Below, one piece after another: positions 19,438 to 31,600 of a DNA stretch of 64,000 nucleotides. The stretch comes from Candidatus Latescibacterota bacterium (GTDB taxonomy: Bacteria > Latescibacterota > UBA2968 > GCA-2709665): NCBI GenBank assembly GCA_963662665.2, contig CAXXJS010000051.1, positions 1 through 64,000 on the forward strand, in the 5' to 3' direction. The number at the start of each line of letters is the position of its first letter. The first letter of the stretch is position 1. Both the position numbers and the translations under genes were made by a program. Below the pieces are notes generated by a model. That model did no database searches. It had not been told where the DNA came from and worked only from the letters and a program-made list of their open reading frames with translations.

Positions 19438-21520
19438 TCATCCCGCGTGCCCGGTCCGCTCGTCCAGGTTTACGGACTCGACGCTCCGGCGCAATGCCTT
19501 ATGGCTTTCGAGTTCCGGATCCCCGTCCAGAAGCCGGACCGCTTCCTCCCGGGCAGTGCCAACCAGGTCCACGTCCCGCGCAAGGTCGGCGAAACGAAAC
19601 TCGGGATACCCTGCCTGCCGCGTGCCGAAGATCTGTCCGGGCCCGCGGATTTTGAGATCCATCTCCGCTATTTCAAACCCGTCGCCGGTAGTGGTCATGG
19701 CGTCCAGCCTGGCGCGTGCTTCGTGCGTTACTTCGCCTTCCGGGCCCGCAATCAGGATACAATACGAGCCGGCGGACCCGCGACCCACCCGGCCCCTGAG
19801 CTGGTGGAGTTGCGCCAGCCCGAACCGTTCGGCGTGTTCAACCATCATCACCGTCGCGTTTGGGACGTCAACCCCGACTTCGATCACCGTTGTGGACACC
19901 AGGACATCCAGGGCGCCCGCCCGAAACGCGGCCATCACCGCCTCCTTCTCCTCGTACGGAAGCCGGCCGTGCAGCAGCCCCATCCTCAGCCCCGACAAGA
20001 TGCCGGCCCGCAACTCCTCGAATGACGCGGCCGCGGCCCTGAAATCTCCCTCGCCGGAGGCGTCGATCATTGGAAAGACAATATAGGCCTGTCCCCCTGC
20101 CGACACCTGTTCGCGCAGAAAACGATAGGCTCTCTCCCGGTCCGCCGGCGTCCGCCATCCGGTAATCACCGGTTGACGCCCCGGCGGCAGTTCGTCGAGC
20201 ACGGTTACATCCAGGTCTCCATACGAATGTAAGGGCCAGCGACCGTGGAATCGGCGTGGCCGTCATCACCAGCAGATGGGCGCCCGCCTCCTTCTCCAGC
20301 AGAGCGGCGCGTTGTAATACGCCGAATCGATGCTGCTCATCGACCACGGCGAGCCCCAGCCGTGCGAAAACCACGCCTTCCTGCATGAGCGCGTGGGTAC
20401 CCGCGACGAGTTGGACGCGGCCGGAGGCCAGGCCGTCGAGCACCTCACGCCGCTCATGCTGAGCCTGACGTCCGGTCAGGCACGCGACCGTAAGCCCCAG
20501 CGGCGCCGTGAGTGCGTGGATGGTTGCGGCATGCTGCTCAGCCAGAATCTCGGTGGGGGCCATCAGCGCCGCCTGGGTTCCGCCGTCCACGGCAGTCAGC
20601 ATCGCCGCCGCGGCCACGATCGTCTTGCCCGAGCCAACGTCGCCCTGCAGCAGCCGGCGCATGGGCCTGCCGCGCGCGAGGTCACCGCTAATCTCCTTGA
20701 ACGCCCGGCGCTGGGCCCCGGTTGGGTCGAAGGGCAAAGTCCCCATCAATCGCGAGGCCAGGGCGCCCGATAAGGGAAATACCGGCCCCGGCCTTTCGTT
20801 TCGGCCCGGCTGCAAGGCCCGCAGCCGCAGCTGAAAAAATAACAATTCATCAAACGCCAGCCTGCGTCGGGCTGCCTCAACGTCCCGAACGTCATCCGGA
20901 AAATGCAGCATTCTCACTGCCTCGCCGAGCGAGAGCACCCCGCACCGGGCCCTCATCCGGACCGGAAGGGGATCCACCAGGTCCACGTCTTCCAACGCCT
21001 GAAAGATGACGCGCCGCAGTCCGCGGCTCGTGAGGCGCTCGGCCTTCATACGCGACGTTGTCGAATAGACGGGAACCACGCGCCCCGTATGGAGACGGGT
21101 TCCATCCTCACGCTCCGAAATCACCTCGACGTCCGGGTGAACCATCTGTCGCTTTCCCCCGAACCGGGTCACTTTTCCCCCGACGGCAAGGAGGTCGCCG
21201 GGCGTAAACGCCTGCCGGAGATATCGGTTTCCTGAAAACCAGACGCATTCCAGCGTGCCCGATTCGTCTTCCAGCACCAGAACGAATCGGGGCCGCCGGC
21301 CCGGAACCGCGTTCCCCGCGCGGACCGTGGCGACGGCCGTGATTTCCGCACCAACCTGCAGGTCCGCGATGGGCGACTGCTGCGTGCGATCCACGTACCG
21401 GTACGGCAGGAAAAGCAGAAGATCGGCCAGGGTCGAAATCCCGATCTCCCGGAGCAGACCCTCCCGTTTCGCGCCGATGCCGCGCACGGTACTTACTGAA
21501 ACTTCCAGATCGGGTAACAT
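19438..21520 (-). pseudogene. recG: ATP-dependent DNA helicase RecG, split by a one-base frameshift near 20225 (real or sequencing error)
   Basis: QGDVGSGKT, DEQHRFG and MTATPIPRSLALT in one frame; YGDLD, TTVIEVGVDVPNA and QLHQLRGRVGRG in the next. Confidence 0.88.
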
Positions 21521-21864
21521 CGACCGGCCTTTCGTGACGTCGGAGGATCGAACGGACGCACTGTGCCGCCCCTTTGACCCGCGTTTCGTTTTGCCGGCGG
21601 ATGCGTTCACGATGACGGTCACGGGGTGATTCCACGTAAACATCCAACGGGCGCAACGCGGGATACGGCCGTTCGTGCGAATATAGATAATCAGCAATAC
21701 ACCGTCAAGAACCCGCCCCGCGTTCCCGCGGATGGAGAGCGGGGAATAAAGGGCCGCATTTTCCTTGTTGCCGTTACGCCCGCGACCTATCTTTGGTGGC
21801 GTTGGCGCGAGAGACGAGATTTACCTGCGACGATTCGACGTGGCAACAGCGATGGAGGATGACT

Positions 21865-22566
21865 ATGGGGCCCGAATCGATTCACGATGCCGCTGGCAGT
21901 GGCGACCTGGAAACATTGAAGAAAACAGTCGAGGAACGGCCTTCGGCAGTCAACGAGGACGACCGGTACGGGTGGCGCCCGATATTTCACGCCGGTTTGC
22001 GCCGCCGCCTGGATGCGGTCCGGTATCTGATCGACCACGGCGCGGACCTGGCGGCACACGACGGCGACGCGATACACTACGCGGCGGAGGTCCCCGACAA
22101 CAAAGAGGTCGTGTCGTTGCTTGTCGGGTACGGCGGTCTGGACGCACACACGAAACCCGCGAGCGACACCGCGCGCCAGTTCATCTACGCGGTATTTCTG
22201 GCCAACGCCGCCCGGGTTGACACCATGCTCCGCGCCAACCCGGTGTTGGCACGGGAGCGCTATGCGCGTGGGGACACCGCCCTGCATCACGCCGCCCGTA
22301 ACGGCGACCTGGAGATCGTTAAGCGGCTCGTCGGCCACGGCGCCGACGTCAACGCCACCTCTGACAACGAACATTTCCCCCTGTACTGCGCCGCCGGACA
22401 CGGCCACGCGGAGACGACGCGATTTCTCCTGGAAGGCGGCGCGGATCCGAAAGCGACGATGGCGGATGGGAAAACGGTCACGGAATGGTTGAAGCAATAC
22501 GCCGATCAGGACCGCCGAATGAGATCCTGCCTGGAAATCCTGGAGAAATGGATGTTGAAGTCGTAA
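21865..22566 (+). CDS. Ankyrin repeat protein
   Basis: GDTALHHAARNGDLEIVKRLVGHGADVNA and similar repeats; GGAGG RBS. Confidence 0.88.
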   Translation: MGPESIHDAAGSGDLETLKKTVEERPSAVNEDDRYGWRPIFHAGLRRRLDAVRYLIDHGADLAAHDGDAIHYAAEVPDNKEVVSLLVGYGGLDAHTKPASDTARQFIYAVFLANAARVDTMLRANPVLARERYARGDTALHHAARNGDLEIVKRLVGHGADVNATSDNEHFPLYCAAGHGHAETTRFLLEGGADPKATMADGKTVTEWLKQYADQDRRMRSCLEILEKWMLKS

Positions 22567-23202
22567 AGAATACGGCGGTTCGGGCGTCTGCAGCGCGTTA
22601 ACACAGGGTCCTTCATACCTCAATCCGGATGCGAAATTGCGGACGCCACCACCCGCCCGCCCGGTGAAATCAACAGACCTTGAGGATGAGGAATAAATTC
22701 CCTTGACAACGCTTGCGGCATTTCTTTTATTAGGATAACGTCTAGATATATTTACACTTTATTTTAAGTTTATACTCCCCCAGCACGCGTAAGCAGTCGC
22801 TACCCGGAAAGGTTCTTTATTGCGGCACGACGGCCTACGTTTCAGCGGAAGGTGCGGATTAGGCAAGCCATCCTGCCGATCGCCAAGCCATTCCGGGCGC
22901 GTGGGCTGAACATTGCAGGTCCTCACACCTTTACCGCTACACGTGGGTCTGGCGTCCAAGCGATACAAATTAGCGCGGTACACGTTTTATTACATCCTTA
23001 AGAACTGAAGTACCCCAAGCTGATCTGACAGATCAGGTAACAGCAGTTTGCATATGGCAACACGCTGAAATCTGAAGGTGGTTTTTTTGTGGGATGTTCG
23101 TGACGGGAGGCACACCAGACGCCCACGCCGTCCCGTCGGTAACCGTTGCGGCCACATTCTTCCACGGGCCGCGGCAAGTATCTAATTTTTAGGGAGGTAG
23201 AC

Positions 23203-23532
23203 ATGGCAGGTAGAGTTATCGTAGGTCTCATCGCCCTCGGTGCGATCATTGGGGGCCTGGCGGGCGACGCGATCCTTGGAGAGGGCATCCTGGCGCTCGT
23301 GCTGGTCATCCTGGGTCTCGCCTATGCGGGCGTTGCGATCGACGCTGAAGACGCAACGGCCTACCTCGTGCTTGCAGTTGCCGTCGGCGGCGCGGGAATG
23401 GCGAACGTACTTGGCAACATCCCGGGAATCGGCGAGAAGCTGGACATGATCGTCGATCTGGCCGGTGTTTCACTGAATGCAGGTGTGGTCACCGTGTTAG
23501 TGCAGAAGACGCTGAATCGCCTCAAGGGTTAG
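23203..23532 (+). CDS. Small hydrophobic membrane protein of unknown function
   Basis: GGGAGG RBS; 109 aa, Gly/Ala/Leu-rich with 3-4 TM segments. Confidence 0.75.
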   Translation: MAGRVIVGLIALGAIIGGLAGDAILGEGILALVLVILGLAYAGVAIDAEDATAYLVLAVAVGGAGMANVLGNIPGIGEKLDMIVDLAGVSLNAGVVTVLVQKTLNRLKG

Positions 23533-24148
23533 GCGCCTTCACGGAAAGAGTTATCTGTAACGCCAGGCACGACTCTCGTGATATACAAGGCTTCCGGCCA
23601 CAGCCTGGCCGGAAGCGCGAACGATATCTTCCGCGCCTCGGATTTCGACGTCCACCATCGAATAGCGGATGCCGCGACGTCAGCGTTGGAATGACAGTTT
23701 GCGAACGAGAGTGGGGAATTCTCTTTACACCGCGTCCGCTCTTACAATTACGGTCGGATTCTGACGATCCTGCGTAACACACGGGGGAAGACCCCTAGCT
23801 GCCAAAAAGCGGTAGTTGAATGGCTTCTTAACAGGTCGCCGGGTTTATTGCCCTCAGTTCCGGCGACCTGTTCGTATATACAGGACCCCCGGGGAGGACG
23901 CCCGGGGGTCCTGTCGTATGCGCCACCGCCGTAGTGCAGGCCCCCCGGACTGCAACGGCGGGTTCCGGTACTCCAGGCAGTATCCGGACCTTTGGAATTT
24001 TCAGCCCATTCCAATCGAAATGCGGGCTCTGTGTCTGCAGCCAGTGAGCCTCAGCCGACCATCGGTATCGACTCCCCTTCTATCGACGGTCCTCACAACT
24101 GCCGACGGTTGAACCGAAGTCCACCACACGCGCGCGGATACACGGACG

Positions 24149-26266
24149 ATGTCGCTCCCTAACCCTCTGCGAAATTCCATACTGGTACTGGTACTGGTTC
24201 TCACCGGATGCCAACCGGACGAAAAAGTGACGGTTTCCGGCGCCGTAGCGAAACCGGGATTGTACCGGTACGTTCCCGGAAAACCTGCGGCGGATTATCT
24301 GGAAGACGCCGGCGGCGCAACCGGGGAAGCACTGTTGGACGAGGCCTACATGTCGCGGACGCGGACCGATACGTCCGGATCGGCGGAACCCGGAGACGTG
24401 GCGGTCCCGCTGTCGGAGAATCCTGAGATATCGCCAGGTGATGAGATTCGGATTCCCGGACGCGTTTATGACGTGCGATTGGACACGGTTCGCCTCGTGG
24501 ATGACGTCAGGCTGGTCGCCGGGAATCGAATCTATCGGATTCCCTCGGGCGCCCTCGTAACCGGAGGGACGGAGCGCGGCGTCCAGGCGGCGCTGATACT
24601 GGGACGGGGAAAGGTATTTGAAACGCCCGATACGGCGAAGGCGGTGTCGGCGTTTCACTATCTGTATATCCATCTGCATCCCGGACAATATCCGCGCCTG
24701 GCGCGGTTTACCCAAGAGATCGTGGACAGCCTGGAAGTGCTTGAAGACGCCCACGTGATCCACGGGCGGGCTGCAAACACACTGGAACATCGGCGCGGCG
24801 GAGGTCTGCAGCTTCCCCCCGACGGGTATTGGCGGGTGATCGAAGGCTTTTTCCTGGCCCCGAGGAAGACATCGGGTCCCGCGAGAGGCATGCGCCGGCG
24901 GCGGTTCGAGGACGGACGCGTGTTGACGACCTTTCCGGACGGGCGGCGACGCTGGCAGCATCCCGACGGGCGCGTCAGCGTGGTGGCTCCGAGCGGCGCC
25001 ACCGAGGACAGGTTTCCCGATGGACGAATCGTGTTCACCGACCGGTGGAAAAACGTGCGCACCGCGTATCCCGACGGGCGGGTCAACGTGGCGTTTTCAA
25101 GCGGCGCCATGGAAGACCGGTTTCCCGACGGACGGATTGTCAGACATAACGTGGATGGCGACGTGGTTGAACGATTGCCTGACGGCAGGACCCGCCGGGT
25201 CGCTCAGGACGGGCGGCGTGTTTCCCGGCTGACCGACGGCTCCGTCATTCATTCCGGTCCCGCGGACAGTGTGGTCACCGGGGTGGAGAAACATGCCCGG
25301 GGGACGTCCCGCGAACCGGTCGCGTCGACCGGGGCCGGCGGTGGCCCGCCACGGCTCGACGAGGGAAGTCTGCGTATCATCCCGGCCAGTGAATATGCGA
25401 CGATAAATGGCACGACCCGTGAGACGTTTCCCGATGGACGGTGGGTAGAGACCGATCACCGCGGCCGGAAAATCACCGTCTGGCCCGACGGGAGAAAGGA
25501 ACTCCGGATGCCTGTCGGCTACGGTTATCCGGGTCAGTTGAAAACGGGGCTTGCAACGGTCGACCGGCTTCCCGGGGGCGTCGCCGTCGGCGAAGAACTG
25601 ACCGTGTCCGGGCAGGTCCATGGCGAAGTGGAAGATATAAGTGTCATCGCGTTCCTTGTGCCCGATGGAGATGCGATCGAAGGCGACGTGCGCAGGGTAG
25701 AGCAGCGGTTTCACGCGCGGTTCCGGTTCGGCGAGGCGGGGCACTGTCGCGTTCAGGTTCAGATTGTATTGCCCAAAGCGCGCACGTATACGGTTTCCCA
25801 CCAGTCCGTGATTGTGGGCAACCCCGATGAACTGGAAGACGAAGTCCTTGAAATTGTTCCATATCCGGGGGACGATGCCGCGCAGTTGTTTCTGATCGAT
25901 CGAATCAACGCGGCCCGGAAGCGAATTCGACGCCGTCCGGTATCTCCGCATCCCGAGTTGATGAACGTGGCCCGCATCCGGCTGGAAGAGATGCTTGCAC
26001 AGGGTATCGTATCCCATTTTTCCATGGCGGGACTGGACGTTGGGTGGCATACGACCTACCGGCGGTTGCCCTTCCACCGCGTGAGCGAAAACGTGGCAAG
26101 AACGGATTTGGTCGAAACGATGCATGCAGGCTGGATGCTGAGCGCGGGGCACCGTGCGAATATCCTGGCGAAGCACTGGACGCACGTGGGGGTGGCGGTT
26201 GCCGAAGCGGAGGAATCGGTCTGGGGCGTTCAGGTGTTCGGGCAGCGTTTCGAACGGAGCCCTTAG
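24149..26266 (+). CDS. Lipoprotein with SLBB-like domain, (F/Y)PDGR repeats and C-terminal CAP/SCP domain
   Basis: Lipobox LTGC; VTVSGAVAKPGLY; many xPDGR repeats; INAARK...SHFS...SENVA...WMLSAGHRANIL. Confidence 0.75.
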   Translation: MSLPNPLRNSILVLVLVLTGCQPDEKVTVSGAVAKPGLYRYVPGKPAADYLEDAGGATGEALLDEAYMSRTRTDTSGSAEPGDVAVPLSENPEISPGDEIRIPGRVYDVRLDTVRLVDDVRLVAGNRIYRIPSGALVTGGTERGVQAALILGRGKVFETPDTAKAVSAFHYLYIHLHPGQYPRLARFTQEIVDSLEVLEDAHVIHGRAANTLEHRRGGGLQLPPDGYWRVIEGFFLAPRKTSGPARGMRRRRFEDGRVLTTFPDGRRRWQHPDGRVSVVAPSGATEDRFPDGRIVFTDRWKNVRTAYPDGRVNVAFSSGAMEDRFPDGRIVRHNVDGDVVERLPDGRTRRVAQDGRRVSRLTDGSVIHSGPADSVVTGVEKHARGTSREPVASTGAGGGPPRLDEGSLRIIPASEYATINGTTRETFPDGRWVETDHRGRKITVWPDGRKELRMPVGYGYPGQLKTGLATVDRLPGGVAVGEELTVSGQVHGEVEDISVIAFLVPDGDAIEGDVRRVEQRFHARFRFGEAGHCRVQVQIVLPKARTYTVSHQSVIVGNPDELEDEVLEIVPYPGDDAAQLFLIDRINAARKRIRRRPVSPHPELMNVARIRLEEMLAQGIVSHFSMAGLDVGWHTTYRRLPFHRVSENVARTDLVETMHAGWMLSAGHRANILAKHWTHVGVAVAEAEESVWGVQVFGQRFERSP

Positions 26267-26404
26267 CAGCCCGTTGGAAAAGTCCATCCGGGCTGCGGCC
26301 GGCCTCGCCTGCAGAGCAACTTTATCAACGGACTGTTAACGGCAAACGCCGTTGCCCTTCCCTGTGCCCGGAACACAGGGGAAAATAAAGTGGAAAGAAA
26401 ACGC

Positions 26405-26431
26405 TTGACAAAACAGACATACGTCTGTTTT
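26405..26431 (+). promoter_or_regulatory. -35 element with overlapping palindromic operator (candidate SOS box)
   Basis: TTGACA at 26405-26410 abutting AAAACAGAC-ATAC-GTCTGTTTT (26410-26431), upstream of imuA. Confidence 0.6.
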
Positions 26432-26496
26432 TTTGTTTGTGAACGTTCCTTCAGCAGAATGCAGAACCGTTTTCACTCCCGGAAAAGGTCATCGAA

Positions 26497-27162
26497 GTGC
26501 GGCGCGTATCGGGCAATATCAAACCAGAACGCTTTTCAGCCTTACAGGACAGCGGGTTACAGCGCCTCCGGGCCGATCTGAACAGGATCAGGGCCCGAAC
26601 GAAAACGCCGCGCTGGTCGCTGGCGCAGTTGGCCGGGCGCCTCTGCGAACTCTCCTCCAATTCAGGAGCCGGTCTGCTCACGGCTGCCTTCCGGCTGGTG
26701 CTGGACGCGCAGATCGGGCATGAGCCGGCGGCCTGGATCACGGCCACGCCGGATACCTTCTTCGCCCCCGATGCAGCCGAAAACGGCGTGGACCTGAACG
26801 CCGTCGTGGTCATCCACGTGCCCGATGCCCAGTCCGCGGCGCGTTCGGCGGACCGGCTCCTGAGGTCGGGCGCCTTTGGTCTGATCGTGATGGACCTGCA
26901 CGCCGATCCCACAATTCCGTTTCCGCTTCAGGCGCGCCTGGCCCACCTGGCGCGCGCCCACGACACCGCCCTGCTCTGCCTGACCTCAAAAGCCGGAGAG
27001 ACGCCTTCGCTGGGGCCGATGGTCTGTCTGCGAGGGCAATCCTCCTGCCAGCGCCTGGGGGTCGACCGCTTCCAATACAACATCGAGATTCTGAAGGACA
27101 GACGTCATGGACCGGGTTGGCGCCACACCGAAATCTGCCGCGGGCCGGACGGCCTGCATTAA
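26497..27162 (+). CDS. imuA: ImuA / RecA-like mutasome accessory protein
   Basis: LAGRLCELS, FFAPDAAENGVDL, LLRSGAFGLIVMD; no intact Walker A; first gene of the cassette. Confidence 0.8.
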   Translation: MRRVSGNIKPERFSALQDSGLQRLRADLNRIRARTKTPRWSLAQLAGRLCELSSNSGAGLLTAAFRLVLDAQIGHEPAAWITATPDTFFAPDAAENGVDLNAVVVIHVPDAQSAARSADRLLRSGAFGLIVMDLHADPTIPFPLQARLAHLARAHDTALLCLTSKAGETPSLGPMVCLRGQSSCQRLGVDRFQYNIEILKDRRHGPGWRHTEICRGPDGLH

Positions 27163-28609
27163 TATCCGGGAGTTGCCGCTGCAACTCCTGCTGAGAAGGC
27201 ACCCGGAGTGGCAGCGGAGACCGGTCGCGGTGGTGGAAAAAGAGAATCCCCAGAGCCCCATCCTCTGGACGAACTCAGCGGCCGGCCGGGCCGGCATCCG
27301 CACGGGAATGCGATATGCCTCCGCCCTCTCACTGGACCGGAACCTGTGCGCGGGAACGGTTTCCGAGAGGGAAACCCAGGCCGCGGTGAGGCAGGTCCAC
27401 CGGCTTCTGGACCGTTTCAGCCCCCGGATCGAGCCCTGCGACGACGAACCCGGGATTTTCTGGGTCGATGCCAGCGGACTGGACAAGCTCCATACCTCTC
27501 TCGAAGACTGGGCCGGACAGATCGACTCCCATCTCTCCCGGCTGGCGCTGAAGGCCAGTATCGTCGTCGGCTTCAGCCGTTTCGGCAGCTATGCCATCGC
27601 CAAATCGGCAAGCCGGGTGACCGTGTTCCCTTCTCTCGAGGTCGAGGAGGCGGAAAGCCGCATGGTGCGTCTGCTGCATCTGCAAATCGACCCGAAGCTG
27701 CGCGACCGGCTCGAAAAACTGGCCGTTCGTACCGTGAGCGACTTCCTGGCGCTTCCCGCGGGGGGCATCGCGCAGCACCTCGGCGAGCAGGCCTGGCGCC
27801 TTTATCGTTTTGCGTCGGGAACGCTGTCGCTGCCAATTCAATCCCGAAAGATCCCCGAGCCCCTCCGCGTCCGGATGGACCTGGATGAGCCCGAATCCAA
27901 TGCCCAGAGACTCCTTTTCTGGATCCGGGGGCGGCTGGATCCCCTGTTGCGGGCGACGGCGGCAAGGTGTCAGGCAGTGGCGGCCCTGCATCTGCAACTG
28001 CTGCTGGAAGACGGAGACCGGCATTGTCAGCGCATCCAGCCGGCAAGGCCGACTCTGGAAGCGCCGGTCTTGCTGGACCTGCTCCGTTTGCACCTGGAAA
28101 CGGTCTCTTTCCGCACTCCCCCGGTGGAATTGGCCCTCGAGGCGGAGGGCGTGACCGTCTCCGCCGAAACACTGAACCTGCTGCAGCGGAATCCACGCCG
28201 CAATATTGAGGCGGCCCTGGATGCCCTGGCCCGGGTTCGCGCCGAGTTCGGCCCCGATTCCGTGCTGTCGGTCCGGCTCAAACCGGGGCACCTGCCGGAA
28301 GCCCGTTTCGAGTGGCAGCCCTTCAGGAAGCTTGCCGCAGCCAGTCCCCAACCGGTCCCCATGCGCCCCCTGGTGCGGCGCGTCCACGCCTGCCCCGAAC
28401 ACCTGGAAGGGGCTTCCCTTTACCATGTGAAAAACCGGAAGCCGGCGCCGGGGGCGGAGCGCCCGCCGGGACACGCGATCAGTGGAGAATGGTGGCGCCG
28501 GGAAATCCGGAGAGACTACCGGTTCATCAAGACCCATCGGGGAGAACGTCTCTGGATCTACTACGACCAGCAAATGCATCGCTGGTACGCCCAGGGTCGC
28601 GTCGAATGA
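27107..28609 (+). CDS. imuB: ImuB, inactive Y-family polymerase-like protein
   Basis: Y-family fold features (GIRTGM, FSPRIEP, WVDASGL) without the catalytic acidic motif; C-terminal [12 protein letters not shown]. Confidence 0.85.
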   Translation: MDRVGATPKSAAGRTACINIRELPLQLLLRRHPEWQRRPVAVVEKENPQSPILWTNSAAGRAGIRTGMRYASALSLDRNLCAGTVSERETQAAVRQVHRLLDRFSPRIEPCDDEPGIFWVDASGLDKLHTSLEDWAGQIDSHLSRLALKASIVVGFSRFGSYAIAKSASRVTVFPSLEVEEAESRMVRLLHLQIDPKLRDRLEKLAVRTVSDFLALPAGGIAQHLGEQAWRLYRFASGTLSLPIQSRKIPEPLRVRMDLDEPESNAQRLLFWIRGRLDPLLRATAARCQAVAALHLQLLLEDGDRHCQRIQPARPTLEAPVLLDLLRLHLETVSFRTPPVELALEAEGVTVSAETLNLLQRNPRRNIEAALDALARVRAEFGPDSVLSVRLKPGHLPEARFEWQPFRKLAAASPQPVPMRPLVRRVHACPEHLEGASLYHVKNRKPAPGAERPPGHAISGEWWRREIRRDYRFIKTHRGERLWIYYDQQMHRWYAQGRVE

Positions 28610-31600
28610 CCGCGCCCGCCTCCAATCCGCCCTACGTCCCCCTCTGGTGCAAGAGCAACTATTCCTTTCTTGAAGGCGCCAGCCATCCCGAGGAGCTGGT
28701 CGAGGCCTGCCGGCAGAACGGCCTTCCCGCCATGGCGCTCACCGACCGGAACGGCGTGTACGGGATCATGAGGGCTCAGGTTCAGGCCCGCCAGGCGGGC
28801 ATTCGCCTGATCGCAGGATCGCAGATCGGCCTCCAGGACGGATCGGAGATCCTGTTGCTGGCCCGAACCCGGAAGGGCTACGGCAATCTCTGCCGCCTGC
28901 TGACCGACGGGCATCTGCGTTCTTCCAAAGGAACGTGTAAACTGGGCCTGGATGAAGTATGTCGCTGCAATCCCGGCCTGATCGCCCTGTGGATCGGACG
29001 GGACGGGACGGAAGCTCCCGCGGAGGACGGCCCGGAGCCCGTGCTGGAACAGCTCAAAGCGGCATTCGAAGACCGTCTGTACATTCTGTTGGCCAGACAC
29101 CGTCGGGCGGAGGAGATTCTGCAGGAAATCCGGCTCCGGGAACTGGCGGACCGGTTGGGCCTTCCCACCGTGGCCGCCGTGGAGGTCCTCTATCACGCTC
29201 CCGAACGGCGCCGCCTGCAGGACGTTCTCACCTGTATCCGGAAAGGCGTAACCCTGTCCACGGCGGGCCGTCACATCCAGCCGAACGACCAGCACGCCCT
29301 GCAGCGTCCGGACGATCTGGCCCGCCTGTTTATAGACGATCCGGAATCGGTCGGGCGAACCCGGGAAATTGCCGACCGCTGTTCCTTCTCGCTCCAGGAA
29401 CTGCGCTACCGCTATCCACTGGAACGCGTGCCGGAAGGCAAAACCTCCATCCAGTACCTGCGCGACCGGACGTTCAAGGGAGCCGCCCGCCGGATGGGCG
29501 AAAAGTTCCAGGACCAGATTCCACAACTGGAAAAGGAACTCAAGCTGATCCAGGAACTGGAGTACGAAGGCTACTTCCTGACCATGTACGAAATCGTCGA
29601 GTACTGCCGCCGTCAAAAAATCCTCTGCCAGGGCCGGGGGTCGGCGGCCAACTCGGCGGTGTGCTTCGCCCTGGGGATCACCAGCGTGGACCCCACCCAG
29701 GTGGAACTTCTCTTCGAACGCTTCCTGTCCAGGGAGAGGGCCGAGCCTCCGGATATCGACCTGGATATCGAACACAATCGCAGGGAAGAAGTGATCCAGC
29801 ACATGTACGAGAAATACGGGCGCGACCGCGCCGCCATGGTGGCCAACGTGGTGCGTTACCGGTACCGGTCCGCCATCCGGGAAGTCGGCAAGGCGCTGGA
29901 GATTTCAGCAACCAGCCTGGACCGCCTGGCCAAGCTGGTGTCCCATGAAAACTGGAACGACGCCTTCATTGCGCAGGCCGGGCTCGATCCCCGGAACCCG
30001 GCCCTGCGCCATCTCGCTTCCCTGGTGGAAGAGATCCAGGATTTTCCCCGCCATCTCTCCATACATCCCGGCGGCTTTCTGCTGGGCCATCGCCCCGTCC
30101 ACGAACTGGTGCCCATCGAGAACGCCGCGATGGACGGCAGAACGGTCATTCAATGGGACAAGGAGGACGTGGAGCAGGCCGGCCTGTTCAAGGTAGACCT
30201 GCTGGGGCTGGGCGCCCTCACCCATCTGCATCTCTGCTTCGATCTCATGCGGCTGCACCGCGGACGGGAGATGTCTCTGGCCACCCTTCCCCGGGGCGAT
30301 GCGGCGACCTTCGAAATGATCTGCCGCAGCGATACCGTGGGGGTGTTTCAGATCGAAAGCCGGGCGCAGATGGCCATGCTTGGGCGCCTCAAGCCGCGCA
30401 GTTATTACGACCTGGTCATCGAAATCAGCATTGTGCGTCCCGGACCCATCACGGGCGGCATGGTGCATCCCTATCTGCGACGGCGCAACGGGGACGAAGA
30501 AGTCGAGTATCCCCATCCTTCCCTCGTTCCCGTTCTCAAGAAAACCCTGGGCATTCCCCTGTTTCAGGAGCAGGTGATGCAACTGGCCATGGTTGCGGCC
30601 GACTACACCCCCGGCGAGGCCGATCAGCTCCGGCGGGATATGGCGGCGTGGCGGCGTTCCGGACGCATCGAGCGGCACCACCGCCGGCTCGTCACCCGCA
30701 TGGTCAAAAAGGGCATCGAACACGAATTTGCCGAACGCATCTTCAATCAGATCCGCGGCTTCGGCGACTATGGCTTTCCCGAGAGCCACGCCGCCAGCTT
30801 TGCCCATATCGCCTATGCCACCGCCTATCTCAAATGCCACTATCCGGCGGAGTTCGTCTGCGCCCTGCTGAATGCCCAGCCGATGGGGTTTTACGAGCCC
30901 GCCACCATCGTCAACGACGCCCGGAGGCACGGGATTGCCGTGCGCCCCGTCTGCCTGCGCGAGAGCCGCTGGGACTGCACCCTCGAACCGGTCCGGTCCG
31001 GCGCGTCGCCCGCTCCGTTCGCCGTGCGCATGGGGCTGCGTTACGTCAGCGGACTGGGCGATACGGACGGACGCCGGCTTGCGGCCGCCGCGAGGGAGCG
31101 CCCTTTTCAGGACCTCGAAGACGTCGCCCGGCGGAGCGGGCTTCGCCAGGACAAGCTGGAGACCCTGGCCGAGGCGGGCGCCTTCGAGTGTTTCGGCCTG
31201 GACCGGCGCGGCGCGCTCTGGCAAGTTCACGGTAATGCAACCCCACAGAAGCCGGCGCTACCACTGAACAACCACGTTTCGCCGCCCCTGTTCCCTCCCC
31301 TGAGTGGGTTGGAGACCGTTGCCTGGGACCATCAGGCCGCCGACCACAGCACGCGGGGACACCTCCTGAAACCGCTGCGCTCCGCGCTGGCCGCCCTGAA
31401 ACTGCCCACGGCGCGCCAGATCAACCGGATGCGGGACGGATGCCGGGTCCGCTACGCGGGGATGGTTATCTGCCGCCAGCGCCCGGGAACCGCAAAAGGC
31501 GTCACCTTCATGACCCTGGAGGACGAGACGGGTTTTGTCAACCTGGTTATCTGGGAAAGGACGTTCAAGCGCTATTCCCTGCTGGCCAAAACGCTTTCCT

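Noticed and set aside
22700-23200. Long leader with TTGACA ahead of the small membrane protein, possible riboswitch
   Set aside because: No recognisable aptamer consensus or convincing structure by eye
24900-25500. Repeated CCCGACGG/CCGGACGG units resembling a CRISPR or DNA repeat array
   Set aside because: They are degenerate coding repeats for PDGR peptides inside an ORF; no CRISPR array or cas gene was seen in the window
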